Source of the DNA: Nautiliaceae bacterium | GTDB taxonomy: Bacteria; Campylobacterota; Campylobacteria; Campylobacterales; Nautiliaceae | Reading direction: 5' to 3' | DNA length: 49,650 nucleotides | NCBI GenBank assembly: GCA_027062985.1 | Contig: JAMOSR010000019.1 | Location: 1 to 49,650, forward strand | Shown here: positions 40,030 to 49,650 of the stretch, one piece after another | Position numbering within the stretch: position 1 is the first letter of the stretch | Layout: each line of letters starts with the position of its first letter | The notes under the pieces: model-generated | Told to the model about the DNA's origin: nothing | Databases searched by the model: none | What the model saw: only the letters and a program-made list of their open reading frames with translations | Made by a program: the position numbers and the translations under genes

Positions 40030-42518
40030 AAGAGGTGTTAAAAAGAATTTATAAAATTTTCTTTTCGCTTGAAGTTGCGGTTGTGCTTTCTTTGTTGTTT
40101 ATAGCCGGTCAGATGTATGCTACCTTAGGATTTGGTACAATGCAGGAAGCGTGGAAATATGTTTATGAAACAAAATGGTTTGAAGCTATTATGTGGCTTC
40201 TTGGCATTAATCTTATTGGAGTTATGTTTAAATACAAAACCTATAAAAAACCACCTGTTTTTATTTTGCATCTTTCCATCATAATTATTTTAATAGGAGC
40301 GGCTGTTACAAGATATTTCGGATACGAGGGAACTCTTCATTTAAGAAACGGAGAAACCAAATCGGTAATTATGATAGAAAAAAGCAAGGCAAATCCTGCA
40401 GACGTTTATCCGAAAGAACTTGGCTTTAAAGTAAAACTTGATAAGTTTGTAATGAGAAAATATCCGGGAAGTATGCAGCCAAGTTCTTATGACAGTTATG
40501 TTACCGTTATAGATGAAAAAAATAATAAAAAATTTCAGTATCATATTTATATGAACCATATTTTGGTTTATGGAGGATATAGATTTTATCAGGCAAGTTA
40601 CGATATGGACGAACAGGGCAGTATTCTTTCGGTAAATCATGACCCTGGTATGTGGATTACTTATTTTGGCTATCTTTTACTTGCGATAGGATTTTTATGG
40701 AGTATGATTTATAAAAAGAGCAGATTTATGTTAACGGTTAAAAAATTAAAACAAAGCGGGCTGTTTGCTTTTTTCATGGTTATGTTTTTAGGTTACGGTG
40801 CGAATTTATATGCTTTTGATTTAAAAGAGTATGCTCAAAAATCAAAAGCCGTTGCCGATGAGTGGAGCAGGGTGCTGGTTCAAAAAAGCGGTAGGGTTGA
40901 GCCTATGGATACCCTTGATTTGGATATAGTCCATAAGCTTACTTTAAAATCAAAAATGCATGGTCTTGATTACAATCAAATAGTTGCCGGAATGGTGGCC
41001 TATCCTAATGAATTTCAAAAAATTCCTCTTATTTATGTAGGACATCCGGCAATAAGAAAACTTCTTGGAATTAATGGAAAATACGCTCCTTATAACGCTT
41101 TTTTCTTTCCAAACGGAGATTTTAAGTTTTCAAAAGAGATTGATACGGCATTTAAAACACCTGATAAAGACAGAACCATTTTGCAAAGAGAATGGATAAA
41201 AATTAATGAAAGAGTGTATGTAGCATTTGAGGTTTATACGGCTAAAATATTTAAAATTTTTCCTACCCCTAATGCAAAAAGTATGAATTACAGATGGTTT
41301 AGTATAGATGATATTCAACAAGCCATTAAAATGGGAATGATGAACCCTATTGACGCTCAGTTTTATTTTAATCTTTTTAGGGATTTGGCTTTTGGAGTAA
41401 AAAATTATGACGTGAAACTGGAACGCGAAACCCGTCTTAAAATATATGAACTTCAAAAAAGTTATTCAGCTGAAATATTACCTAGCCCTAGCCGAATAAA
41501 ATGGGAAATTACTTATAACAGAATGCAGATATTTCCTAAACTTATAGGAATATATACGACTATCGGTCTTCTTGCTATAGTTTTAGGGTTTATTGAGATT
41601 TTAAAAGAGAAAAGATTTAGAAAACTTGAGATTTCTTTAGTCATTATTGGATGGCTTGCCATTTTAATTCATACGGCAAATATGCTTCTTAGATGGTATG
41701 TCGCAGGGCATGCTCCTTGGTCTGATGCGTATGAATCTATTATATTTATTGCATGGGGTGCTGCTTTTGCAAGTGTATTGTTTTTTAGACGTTCAATGCT
41801 TGCCCTTGGTGCCGGGTTGTTTGTTGCGGGTATGTTTATGATGGTGGCTCATTTAAACAATATTAATCCTCAAATTACCAATCTGGTGCCGGTTTTAAAA
41901 AGTTACTGGCTGCTTATTCATGTTGCCGTAATTACTTCAAGTTACGGATTTTTAAGTGTTGGGGCGATGTTGGGGCTGCTTAATTTAATTTTGTTTGCTT
42001 TAAGAAAATACAGACCTCTTGACAATCAGATAAAACAGCTTAATAATATTATTTATATAGCTCTTTATATCGGTTTGGCCCTTCTTAGTATCGGTACGTT
42101 TCTTGGAGGTGTTTGGGCAAATGAAAGCTGGGGTAGATATTGGTCTTGGGACCCTAAAGAGACTTGGAGTCTTATTTCTATGGTAGTTTATGCCCTTGTT
42201 ATTCATACTAAGATGATTCCTAAAATGAGAGGGGAGTTTATTTTTTCTTTATTGGCGTTTTTATCGTTTTTCTTTATTTTATTTACTTATTTTGGAGTCA
42301 ATTTCTATATTGCTCAGGGACTTCACAGTTACGGACAGGGAGTTGCCGACGGTTACGGATGGGTAAATATTTTATTTGCCGGAATGGGGGCATGGTTTGG
42401 AGTGTTTATTTTTGGAATTGGAAGTGCCATTATGCAAAAAATTTCAAAACCGGTTGAGCTTGTTACCGATAACGATAAAAACGATTATCATCCGGAGTTT
42501 AAAAAGGAGAAAAAATGA
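40026..42518 (+). CDS. ccsA: System II cytochrome c synthase CcsBA fusion
   Basis: ResB-like N-terminus (RYFGYEG, RFYQASY), GHAPWS, LKSYWL.IHV, WANESWGRYWSWDPKETW, GLHSY. Confidence 0.95.
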   Translation: MKEVLKRIYKIFFSLEVAVVLSLLFIAGQMYATLGFGTMQEAWKYVYETKWFEAIMWLLGINLIGVMFKYKTYKKPPVFILHLSIIIILIGAAVTRYFGYEGTLHLRNGETKSVIMIEKSKANPADVYPKELGFKVKLDKFVMRKYPGSMQPSSYDSYVTVIDEKNNKKFQYHIYMNHILVYGGYRFYQASYDMDEQGSILSVNHDPGMWITYFGYLLLAIGFLWSMIYKKSRFMLTVKKLKQSGLFAFFMVMFLGYGANLYAFDLKEYAQKSKAVADEWSRVLVQKSGRVEPMDTLDLDIVHKLTLKSKMHGLDYNQIVAGMVAYPNEFQKIPLIYVGHPAIRKLLGINGKYAPYNAFFFPNGDFKFSKEIDTAFKTPDKDRTILQREWIKINERVYVAFEVYTAKIFKIFPTPNAKSMNYRWFSIDDIQQAIKMGMMNPIDAQFYFNLFRDLAFGVKNYDVKLERETRLKIYELQKSYSAEILPSPSRIKWEITYNRMQIFPKLIGIYTTIGLLAIVLGFIEILKEKRFRKLEISLVIIGWLAILIHTANMLLRWYVAGHAPWSDAYESIIFIAWGAAFASVLFFRRSMLALGAGLFVAGMFMMVAHLNNINPQITNLVPVLKSYWLLIHVAVITSSYGFLSVGAMLGLLNLILFALRKYRPLDNQIKQLNNIIYIALYIGLALLSIGTFLGGVWANESWGRYWSWDPKETWSLISMVVYALVIHTKMIPKMRGEFIFSLLAFLSFFFILFTYFGVNFYIAQGLHSYGQGVADGYGWVNILFAGMGAWFGVFIFGIGSAIMQKISKPVELVTDNDKNDYHPEFKKEKK

Positions 42519-42985
42519 TTTGTGATTTATGCGGTAGTAATAAAAATGTAAGTGTTTTTAAAGTGGAGCCTAAAGATGAATATGTAAATTTATGTGAAGT
42601 TTGCAAAAGTCAAATTGAAAGCGGAAATCTTGACGAAAATCATTTTCAGTGTCTAAATGATTCTATGTGGAGCGAAAAAAGCGCTGTTAAGGTTTTAACT
42701 TACAGACTTTTAAAAAAGCTCGGACGGGCAGACTTAATGGATATGATGTATCTTGAACCTGAAGAATTGGCATGGGCTCAGGCTGAAGCCGAAGAAAAGT
42801 TTGATAGTGTAGGCAATAAATTAAACAACGGCGATAACATTATGGTTATAAAAGATTTGCCTGTAAAAGGCGGAGATACTATAAAAAGAGGAACGGTATT
42901 TAAAAATATACGCTTAGGGGATACCCCGGGGCATATTTTGGCTAAAAATATTTATATAAAAACGGAGTTCATAAAAAAGGTTTAG
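42515..42985 (+). CDS. PhnA-domain zinc-ribbon protein
   Basis: CDLC/CEVC, H.QCLNDSMWSE, DS.G..L..GD....IKDL.VKG. Confidence 0.85.
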   Translation: MICDLCGSNKNVSVFKVEPKDEYVNLCEVCKSQIESGNLDENHFQCLNDSMWSEKSAVKVLTYRLLKKLGRADLMDMMYLEPEELAWAQAEAEEKFDSVGNKLNNGDNIMVIKDLPVKGGDTIKRGTVFKNIRLGDTPGHILAKNIYIKTEFIKKV

Positions 42986-42987
42986 TA

Positions 42988-44250
42988 ATGTATTATGTTA
43001 TAAGTTTTAATTATAGAAATTCCGATGTTGTTCTTAGAAGTAAATTAGCGAAGTTAAAGTTGGAGGATTTTAAAGATTTTAAAGAAGTTCTTTTTCTTTC
43101 CACCTGTAATAGAATAGAAGTTATGTTTGATAAAAAAAGAGATTTAAACGAACTTTACGATAAGGTTTTTTATAAGGTTATTACTCCTAAAGAAATGGTG
43201 AAAGCGGAAACTTATGAAGATGATGAAGCAGTAGAACATATATTTAAAGTGGCAGCTTCTCTTGATTCTATGGTAGTGGGAGAGACACAAATCACAGGAC
43301 AGCTTAAAGATGCTTTTATAGAAGCGTATGAAAAACATTATATAGGTCAGGATTTGACAAGACTTATTCACTTTTCTTTTAAGTGTGCAAAAAAAATAAG
43401 AAATCAGACCAACATCTCAAGCGAGCCTGTAAGTGTTGCTAGTATTGCGGTAAGACTTGCTAAAGAAAAATTAAACGACCTCAGCGGATACAGTGCCGTT
43501 GTAGTCGGAGTGGGAGATACAGCGAGGATTGTATGTAAAAATCTTATAAAAGAAGGTGTTAATATAATTTTGGTAAACAGAACGGTGGAAAACGCACTTG
43601 CTTTAAAAGAAGAACTTGGAGATGAGGTTAATATTGACGTTCATTCTTTGGATTCATTGCCAAAACTGATAAATAACTACAGGCTTCTTTTTTCGGCCAC
43701 GGCTTCAAATTATCCGGTCATTAGAAAAGAGTTTATAAAACCTACAAAATTTAAAAGACTTTGGTTTGATTTAGCTATTCCTAGCGATATTGAAGAGAGC
43801 AGTGAATGTGATAATATAGAAATAATTAAAGTGGACGATTTAAAAGAGATAAGCGAAAAAAATAAGAAAAAAAGAGAAAATGAATTAAAAAGCGCAAATG
43901 AGCTTATAAAAAGATGTGTAAAAGATTTTAATAAATATTTGCAATCCGTATCGGTAGAGCCTGTTATTAAATTTTTACAGGATAAAGCTCATGAGTGTTC
44001 TAAAAGGGCTTTAAAAAATGCCGTTAAAAAGCATTATATTCCTGAAGAGCTTGAAGAAGAAGTCGAAAAAATTCTTCATAACGCGTTTAAGAGGTTTTTA
44101 CATCATCCTAATATAACTCTTAGAAAGATGGCTGAAAGTGCAGAAGTGGATATTTTCGTATCGGTACTTAAAAAACTTTTTGGTGCGAACGGTATGGATA
44201 TGGATATAAATAAATGTGAGTACCATATGGAAAAAGGTATATTTAAATAA
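42988..44250 (+). CDS. hemA: Glutamyl-tRNA reductase
   Basis: LSTCNRIE, SLDSMVVGETQI.GQ, PVSVAS, DLAIP.DIE. Confidence 0.96.
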   Translation: MYYVISFNYRNSDVVLRSKLAKLKLEDFKDFKEVLFLSTCNRIEVMFDKKRDLNELYDKVFYKVITPKEMVKAETYEDDEAVEHIFKVAASLDSMVVGETQITGQLKDAFIEAYEKHYIGQDLTRLIHFSFKCAKKIRNQTNISSEPVSVASIAVRLAKEKLNDLSGYSAVVVGVGDTARIVCKNLIKEGVNIILVNRTVENALALKEELGDEVNIDVHSLDSLPKLINNYRLLFSATASNYPVIRKEFIKPTKFKRLWFDLAIPSDIEESSECDNIEIIKVDDLKEISEKNKKKRENELKSANELIKRCVKDFNKYLQSVSVEPVIKFLQDKAHECSKRALKNAVKKHYIPEELEEEVEKILHNAFKRFLHHPNITLRKMAESAEVDIFVSVLKKLFGANGMDMDINKCEYHMEKGIFK

Positions 44251-44274
44251 GGAAAAAATAAAAAAGGAATAAAA

Positions 44275-45315
44275 ATGGGAAAAATTTTTATTGATGCATG
44301 TTTTGGAAAAGAGACTCCATATACGCCTGTGTGGATGATGAGACAGGCTGGAAGATATCTGCCGGAGTATATGGAAGTTAGACGTAAAGCCGGAGATTTT
44401 CTTACAATGACAAAAAACCCGGAAATGGTGGCAGAAGTTACCCTTCAGCCGATTGAAATTTTGGATGTGGATGCAGCGATTTTGTTTAGTGATATTTTAA
44501 ATCTTCCAATGGAGATGGGATTGCCTTTGAAGTTCGAAAAAGGAGTAGGGCCTGTTTTTGAAAAAACTATTTCTTTTGAAGAGGATATTGACGCTTTAGA
44601 CCCAAAAGCCGATGAAAAAATTTCTTACGTATATGAAGGAGTCAGAAAAATAAAAGAAAGACTGCCTGAAAATAAAGCCCTTATAGGTTTTGCCGGAAGT
44701 CCTTGGACTATTGCTACATATATGGTGGAAGGAAAAGGCTCAAAGCAGTACGCAAAAATTAAAAAAATGGTTTACGCAAATCCTATGATGATTCATAGAT
44801 TACTAGCATTCAATACAAAAGAGACTATTGAATACCTATCAAAACAGATTGAAGCTGGGGCTGATGCTGTTATGATTTTTGACAGTTGGGGCGGTGCTCT
44901 TGAGAAGGAGAAGTTTTTTGAATTTTCGTGGAATTATATGAAAGAAATAGCTAAAAAACTTAAAGAAAAATATCCTAATGTACCTGTTATAGGGTTTTCA
45001 AAAGGAGTAGGGCTTTATATGAGCGATATGGATGGAGAGTTTGATGTCATAGGAGTTGACTGGAATACTCCTATGGATTATGCTCTTGGTATATTTAAAG
45101 ATAATTATACCCTTCAGGGAAATATGGACCCTACAAGGCTTTATTCTAAAAGCGCTACAAAAGAAGCTGTTGAAAAGATTGCTGAGATTATGAATGGACA
45201 TAGGCATATATTTAATTTAGGACATGGAATTCTTCCTGACGTGCCTGTAGAAAACGCCAAATTTTTTGTGGATTATGCAAAAGAATATTCTAAAAAATTA
45301 AGGGAGCAAAAATGA
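44275..45315 (+). CDS. hemE: Uroporphyrinogen decarboxylase
   Basis: [31 protein letters not shown]. Confidence 0.98.
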   Translation: MGKIFIDACFGKETPYTPVWMMRQAGRYLPEYMEVRRKAGDFLTMTKNPEMVAEVTLQPIEILDVDAAILFSDILNLPMEMGLPLKFEKGVGPVFEKTISFEEDIDALDPKADEKISYVYEGVRKIKERLPENKALIGFAGSPWTIATYMVEGKGSKQYAKIKKMVYANPMMIHRLLAFNTKETIEYLSKQIEAGADAVMIFDSWGGALEKEKFFEFSWNYMKEIAKKLKEKYPNVPVIGFSKGVGLYMSDMDGEFDVIGVDWNTPMDYALGIFKDNYTLQGNMDPTRLYSKSATKEAVEKIAEIMNGHRHIFNLGHGILPDVPVENAKFFVDYAKEYSKKLREQK

Positions 45316-46289
45316 ATCTAAGAAGACTTAGATTAAATTCAAATATAAGAGATTTGGTTAGAGAAACTTATATAACTAAAAACGACCTTATAATGCCTGT
45401 TTTTATTAAAGAGGGGCTTGATGGTAAAAATGAAATAAAATCGATGCCGGGAATTTATCAGTTTGGCGAGAATAGTTTTTTGGATGAGGTGAATGAATGT
45501 ATCGAACTTGGCATTAAAGCGGTAATTCTTTTTGGAATTCCTAAACTAAAAGATTCCTGCGGGAGCGATGCTTTAGATGAAGAGGGGCTTATTGCAAGAA
45601 GTGTTAGAAAAATAAAAGAGACGTTTGGGGATAAAATCGCCGTTATTACAGATTTATGTTTTTGTGAGTTTACAGACCATGGGCATTGCGGGATAATAAA
45701 CCCTAAGTTAAAGACGGTTGATAACGATGCAACACTTGAAATAAGCGCAAAACAGGCTTTGATTCACGCACGTGCAGGGGCTGATATGATAGCGCCAAGC
45801 GGTATGATGGATAATATTATTGAAACTCTTAGAAATGCATTAGATGAGAATGGATTTTCCCATATTCCTATTATGAGTTATTCTACTAAGTTTGCTAGCG
45901 CTTTTTACGGGCCTTTTAGAGACGCGGCCGAGAGTGCCCCCGTAGCGAATGAATATCTGCCAAAAGATAGAAAAACGTATCAAATGGATGTGGCAAACGC
46001 ACGTGAGGCGCTACTTGAGAGTCTGATTGATGAAGCTGAGGGTGCTGATATTTTAATGGTAAAACCGGGACTTGCTTTTATGGATATTATTAAAACGATA
46101 AAAGAAAATACTCTAAAACCGCTATGTGTTTATAATGTAAGCGGTGAATATTCAATGGTAAAGGCGGCAGCACTAAACGGATGGATGGATTATGAAAATT
46201 TAATGATGGAAATACTTCTTTCTTTTAAAAGGGCTGGTGCGGATATGATTATAAGCTATCACAGTAAAGATGCGGCAAAATTATTATAA
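45312..46289 (+). CDS. hemB: Porphobilinogen synthase
   Basis: [46 protein letters not shown]. Confidence 0.98.
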   Translation: MNLRRLRLNSNIRDLVRETYITKNDLIMPVFIKEGLDGKNEIKSMPGIYQFGENSFLDEVNECIELGIKAVILFGIPKLKDSCGSDALDEEGLIARSVRKIKETFGDKIAVITDLCFCEFTDHGHCGIINPKLKTVDNDATLEISAKQALIHARAGADMIAPSGMMDNIIETLRNALDENGFSHIPIMSYSTKFASAFYGPFRDAAESAPVANEYLPKDRKTYQMDVANAREALLESLIDEAEGADILMVKPGLAFMDIIKTIKENTLKPLCVYNVSGEYSMVKAAALNGWMDYENLMMEILLSFKRAGADMIISYHSKDAAKLL

Positions 46290-46291
46290 AA

Positions 46292-46300
46292 TGATATAAT
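46292..46300 (+). promoter_or_regulatory. Extended -10 promoter before hemC
   Basis: TGATATAAT (TGnTATAAT) 25 nt before the ATG. Confidence 0.6.
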
Positions 46301-46325
46301 TTAAATAAAAAATAAAGGGAGATTT

Positions 46326-47213
46326 ATGAAACTGACAATTGCGACAAGAGGTAGTAAACTTGCTTTATGGCAGGCTGAGTGGGTTAAAAAAAGACTGGAA
46401 AATTTAGGCCATGAAGTAGATTTAAAAATCGTAACGACAACAGGGGATAAAATTCTTGATAAACCTTTAGCGGAAATAGGAGGAAAAGGGCTTTTTATTA
46501 AAGAAGTAGAAGAAGCTCTTTTAAGAGGAGAAGCTCAAATAGCAGTACATTCTTTAAAAGATTTTCCTACTCAATATGAAACGGAACATTTTGAACTGGC
46601 TGCTATTCCTAAAAGAGAAGCGGTTGAGGATGTGTTTTTGAGTGAAACATTTGAAACATTAGCCGAACTTCCTCATAACGCGGTTGTTGGGACTAGTTCA
46701 ATCAGACGTGCTATGCAATTAAAAGCGTTTAGAGATGATTTGGTAATTACCGACCTTAGAGGGAATGTCGATACAAGAATCAATAAATTAAAAAGAGGCG
46801 AATACGACGCTATTATTTTAGCTTATGCGGGTATTAAGAGGCTCGGACTTATGAAAGAAGTTAAATATTTTGAGGTTTTGGATACCGATATTATGATTCC
46901 TGCTATGGGACAGGGGGCTCTTGGTATTGAAACTATAAAAGATAAAGCGGTAATTGAAGCGATAAAACCTCTTAACGATTTATGGACAAGAGTAGAAGTG
47001 ACGATTGAGAGAGATTTTGTAGATGAACTTAATCTAGGTTGTCATGCTCCTGTTGGGGTAAATGCTAAGATTATGGTAGATGATTCCATAAAAATCAAAG
47101 CAGCGCTTCTTGATAAAAATGAAAAACTTATTAAAAAAGAGCTGGTAGTGCCGTTTGATGAGTGGCAAACAGCCGGTAGAACATTTGCTAACGAATTTAA
47201 GGAATATCTATGA
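46326..47213 (+). CDS. hemC: Hydroxymethylbilane synthase
   Basis: IATRGSKLALWQA, GKGLF.KE, VHSLKD, GTSS.RR, LRGNVDTR, GCHAP. Confidence 0.97.
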   Translation: MKLTIATRGSKLALWQAEWVKKRLENLGHEVDLKIVTTTGDKILDKPLAEIGGKGLFIKEVEEALLRGEAQIAVHSLKDFPTQYETEHFELAAIPKREAVEDVFLSETFETLAELPHNAVVGTSSIRRAMQLKAFRDDLVITDLRGNVDTRINKLKRGEYDAIILAYAGIKRLGLMKEVKYFEVLDTDIMIPAMGQGALGIETIKDKAVIEAIKPLNDLWTRVEVTIERDFVDELNLGCHAPVGVNAKIMVDDSIKIKAALLDKNEKLIKKELVVPFDEWQTAGRTFANEFKEYL

Positions 47214-48568
47214 GCGGGATAGATTTTAAGAAACTTTCTCGTTTTTCCCGTCATGCGCCAAGATATACTTCTTATCCTACGGCGGTTGAGTTTAAAGACC
47301 TCTCACCTGAAGATATAATTGACGAATTAAAATCAGACAAACCTCTAAGTCTTTATTTTCACCTTCCTTTTTGTAAGAGTGCTTGTTATTTTTGCGGATG
47401 TAATGTAGTTTATACAAGTAAAGCGGATAAAAGAAGAAGATATATCGATTATTTAAAGCGAGAGCTTGATATTTGGGCAAAGTATCTTGATACAAACAGA
47501 ATGGTAAGACAGCTTCATTTCGGAGGAGGTACGCCTACGTTTTTTACTCCAGAAGAGCTTGAGGAAATTTATGAATTAATTTATTCTCATTTTAAAAATT
47601 TTGAAAAAGACGCTGAAATCAGCGTAGAAATTGACCCTAGATTTTTTTCTCAGGAACATATGGATGTTATGAAAAAATACGGTGTAAACAGAATCAGTTT
47701 CGGAGTTCAGGATTTTAACGAAGAAACCCAAAAAGCCGTAAACAGAATTCAGCCGTTTGATTTAACAAAAGAAGCTGTGGATATCGCAAGGTCTGCGGGA
47801 ATTAATTCCATAAATATCGACCTGATTTACGGACTTCCGTTTCAGACATTAGAAACGTTTAAAAAGACGCTTGAGCTGGTAAAAGAGTTAAATCCTGACA
47901 GATTGGCCGTATTTAATTACGCTCACGTTCCATGGCTGAAAAAGGGGATGAGAAAAATAGACGAAACTACTCTTCCAACTCCTGAAGAGAAGCTTAAAAT
48001 TTTTAAATACGTTATAGACTTTTTTGAAAACAATGGTTATAAAATGGTGGGAATGGACCATTTTGCAAAACCTGACGATGAGCTTTTTAAAGCAATCGAA
48101 AAAGGCGAGCTTCACAGAAATTTCCAAGGATATACTACAAAAGGAGGAGCCGATTTAATCGGATTTGGATTAACTTCCATCAGTGAAACAAGTAAAGCCT
48201 ATTTTCAAAACTATAAAGATTTGAAATCTTACGAAAAAGCTATTGATGAGGGAAGACTTCCTGTATTTAGAGGAGTTGTGTTAAATGAAGAGGATTTAAT
48301 AAGAAAATATGTCATTATGGAAATGATGGCGAATTTTTCTTTTGATATTGAAAGATTTGAAAAAACGTTTGGAATTGATTTTAGAAAAAAATTTGAAAAT
48401 GAACTTAAAGAGCTTGAAGAGTTTATAAAAGAAGGTCTGGTTGAAATTACGCCTAAAAAAATATTGGTAAATAAAACGGGAAGTCTGTTAATTAGAAATA
48501 TCGTACTTCCTTTTGATGAATATTTCAAAAAAATGGCAAATCAAAAAGTCTTTTCAAAGAGTATATAA
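47210..48568 (+). CDS. hemN: Oxygen-independent coproporphyrinogen III oxidase
   Basis: PRYTSYPTA, CKSACYFCGC, HFGGGTP, LHRNFQGYTT. Confidence 0.97.
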   Translation: MSGIDFKKLSRFSRHAPRYTSYPTAVEFKDLSPEDIIDELKSDKPLSLYFHLPFCKSACYFCGCNVVYTSKADKRRRYIDYLKRELDIWAKYLDTNRMVRQLHFGGGTPTFFTPEELEEIYELIYSHFKNFEKDAEISVEIDPRFFSQEHMDVMKKYGVNRISFGVQDFNEETQKAVNRIQPFDLTKEAVDIARSAGINSINIDLIYGLPFQTLETFKKTLELVKELNPDRLAVFNYAHVPWLKKGMRKIDETTLPTPEEKLKIFKYVIDFFENNGYKMVGMDHFAKPDDELFKAIEKGELHRNFQGYTTKGGADLIGFGLTSISETSKAYFQNYKDLKSYEKAIDEGRLPVFRGVVLNEEDLIRKYVIMEMMANFSFDIERFEKTFGIDFRKKFENELKELEEFIKEGLVEITPKKILVNKTGSLLIRNIVLPFDEYFKKMANQKVFSKSI

Positions 48569-48578
48569 AGGAAAAAAT

Positions 48579-49274
48579 ATGGTTATCTCAATTGGAAATC
48601 TGCCTTTAAAAGAGATAAAAGCGGATGTTTTTTTACATCCTGTAAAATACAAAGATTCCATTACTTACGAACCTATGGCTGAAGAGGCGGTAATTGCTCT
48701 TATTGCCAAGCATTTTACATACGATAAAGTTCCTGAGAAGGTAAAAGAGTATTTTGATGAAATGGATGACGGGTATTTGTTTAGTGAGAGCAATTTTGAT
48801 GAATTTGATTTGGAAAAACTTGATGTCGGAACTATTTTAGCCGGGCGTGATTTATCACTTCATCCAAAAACCGAAAACATAAGGAAGTTTTTAGCTCTTC
48901 TCAGGGATTTTGGCGGATTTGAAATAAAAGGTATTGAAGTGCCGGAATTTTTTACCCCAAGCGACCCGGAGCTTGCGGAAATCGTAGAGACGGAAAAAAG
49001 TTATGAAATTGCCCTTGAAGAGATTGACGAGCTTGAGAGTTTTGACGGAAGTGTTGTATATGCTTGTGATGACCCTATTGTGGTGAAAAATAACGAACTT
49101 TTGTGTTCTCACCAATTTATTATCGCCAATAAAATAAAATCACTTAAAGTAAAAGTTGACGGAGAAATTAAGGAAATTAAAAAAATTCCCGAACTCAAAG
49201 GGACATTTGGAGTTATATTAAAACCGGTGGATGAGTATCCGTTTTTAAGAGTTAAAATTCAAAACGTTAATTGA
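48579..49274 (+). CDS. Hypothetical protein resembling the C-terminal part of epsilon NuoG
   Basis: RBS precedes ATG 48579. Motifs YE...EEAVIAL, D.GYL.SESN, H...ENI, FDG.VVY, S.QF..A.KIK, LKGT, YPF. The resemblance is from recall, not a search. Confidence 0.55.
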   Translation: MVISIGNLPLKEIKADVFLHPVKYKDSITYEPMAEEAVIALIAKHFTYDKVPEKVKEYFDEMDDGYLFSESNFDEFDLEKLDVGTILAGRDLSLHPKTENIRKFLALLRDFGGFEIKGIEVPEFFTPSDPELAEIVETEKSYEIALEEIDELESFDGSVVYACDDPIVVKNNELLCSHQFIIANKIKSLKVKVDGEIKEIKKIPELKGTFGVILKPVDEYPFLRVKIQNVN

Positions 49275-49398
49275 GACACTGACTAAATAAAGTAAAACAA
49301 TTGTAAATTTAAGTGGTGCGTAAGCAAAAAGAAGCACGGAGCTGTCATATTTTTATTTTTGGAGTTTAGCATGAAACAACCCTAGTTTAGTCAGTACT
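49275..49398. mobile_element. 124-bp MITE, same family as 25041-25189, opposite orientation
   Basis: Ends GACACTGACTAAA / TTTAGTCAGTACT. Direct repeat TTAATTGA at 49267-49274 and 49399-49406. The first 36 nt match the reverse complement of 25154-25189 at 35/36. Confidence 0.9.
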
Positions 49399-49451
49399 TT
49401 AATTGATTATATTAAGAAAATTTAGTATAATTAGCTAAAAAGGAGGGGAAA

Positions 49452-49650
49452 ATGGCAGTAAATGTATGTGTTCCTTTAGCAAACGGATTTGAAGAAATCG
49501 AAGCTATGAGCTTAATTGATGTTATGAGAAGAGGCGGTTTAAATGTAATAGTAGCGGGAGTCGGAGGGGATGTAATTTTCGGTGCTCATAATATTAGAGT
49601 GATTCCCGATACTAAAATTGAACTTGTAAATGCGGATGATTTGGACCTGG
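49452..49650 (+). CDS. DJ-1/ThiJ/YajL family protein, 5' part
   Basis: Manual translation MAVNVCVPLANGFEEIEAMSLIDVMRRGG...GAHNI. AGGAGG RBS and TATAAT at 49426-49431. Confidence 0.9.
   Translation, partial: MAVNVCVPLANGFEEIEAMSLIDVMRRGGLNVIVAGVGGDVIFGAHNIRVIPDTKIELVNADDLDL

Noticed and set aside
1127-49115. Many short overlapping or antisense ORFs in the ORF track (e.g. 2946-3461, 21707-22192, 30512-30844)
   Set aside because: They are shadows of well-supported genes, with no recognisable motifs.
1-49650. CRISPR array, tRNA/rRNA, transposase, prophage or defence system
   Set aside because: No repeat-spacer periodicity or RNA-gene structure was seen. Intergenic gaps are short and all long ORFs are otherwise explained.

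Overview
Low-GC chromosomal window from a Campylobacterota (epsilon-proteobacterial) bacterium. The gene content best fits the vent family Nautiliaceae, which is an inference. The left half is mostly housekeeping and flagellar: partial gap, rpsF-ssb-rpsR, alr, xseA, a soluble chemoreceptor, flgL, ftsK, an OmpA lipoprotein, a mqnF-like deaminase and aroQ-pepP-folK-flhF-flhG-fliA-fliM-fliY. It also holds an orphan 12-heme cytochrome c bracketed by two related inverted-repeat elements. The right ~28 kb is a respiratory cluster: hemY, ccdA, cytochrome c553, octaheme epsilon-Hao, napAGHBFLD, modABC, a two-component system, a NapC/NirT tetraheme, a thioredoxin, ccsBA and hemA/E/B/C/N. Non-coding signals read from the sequence are two MITEs with perfect 8-bp target duplications (IS1595-like ends), a second TACCAATCC inverted-repeat family, a shared 11-bp-period RCACTT direct repeat at the hao, cycB and napA/modA promoters, two sigma54 motifs, an S6:S18-type leader and a probable ATT start for ftsK.
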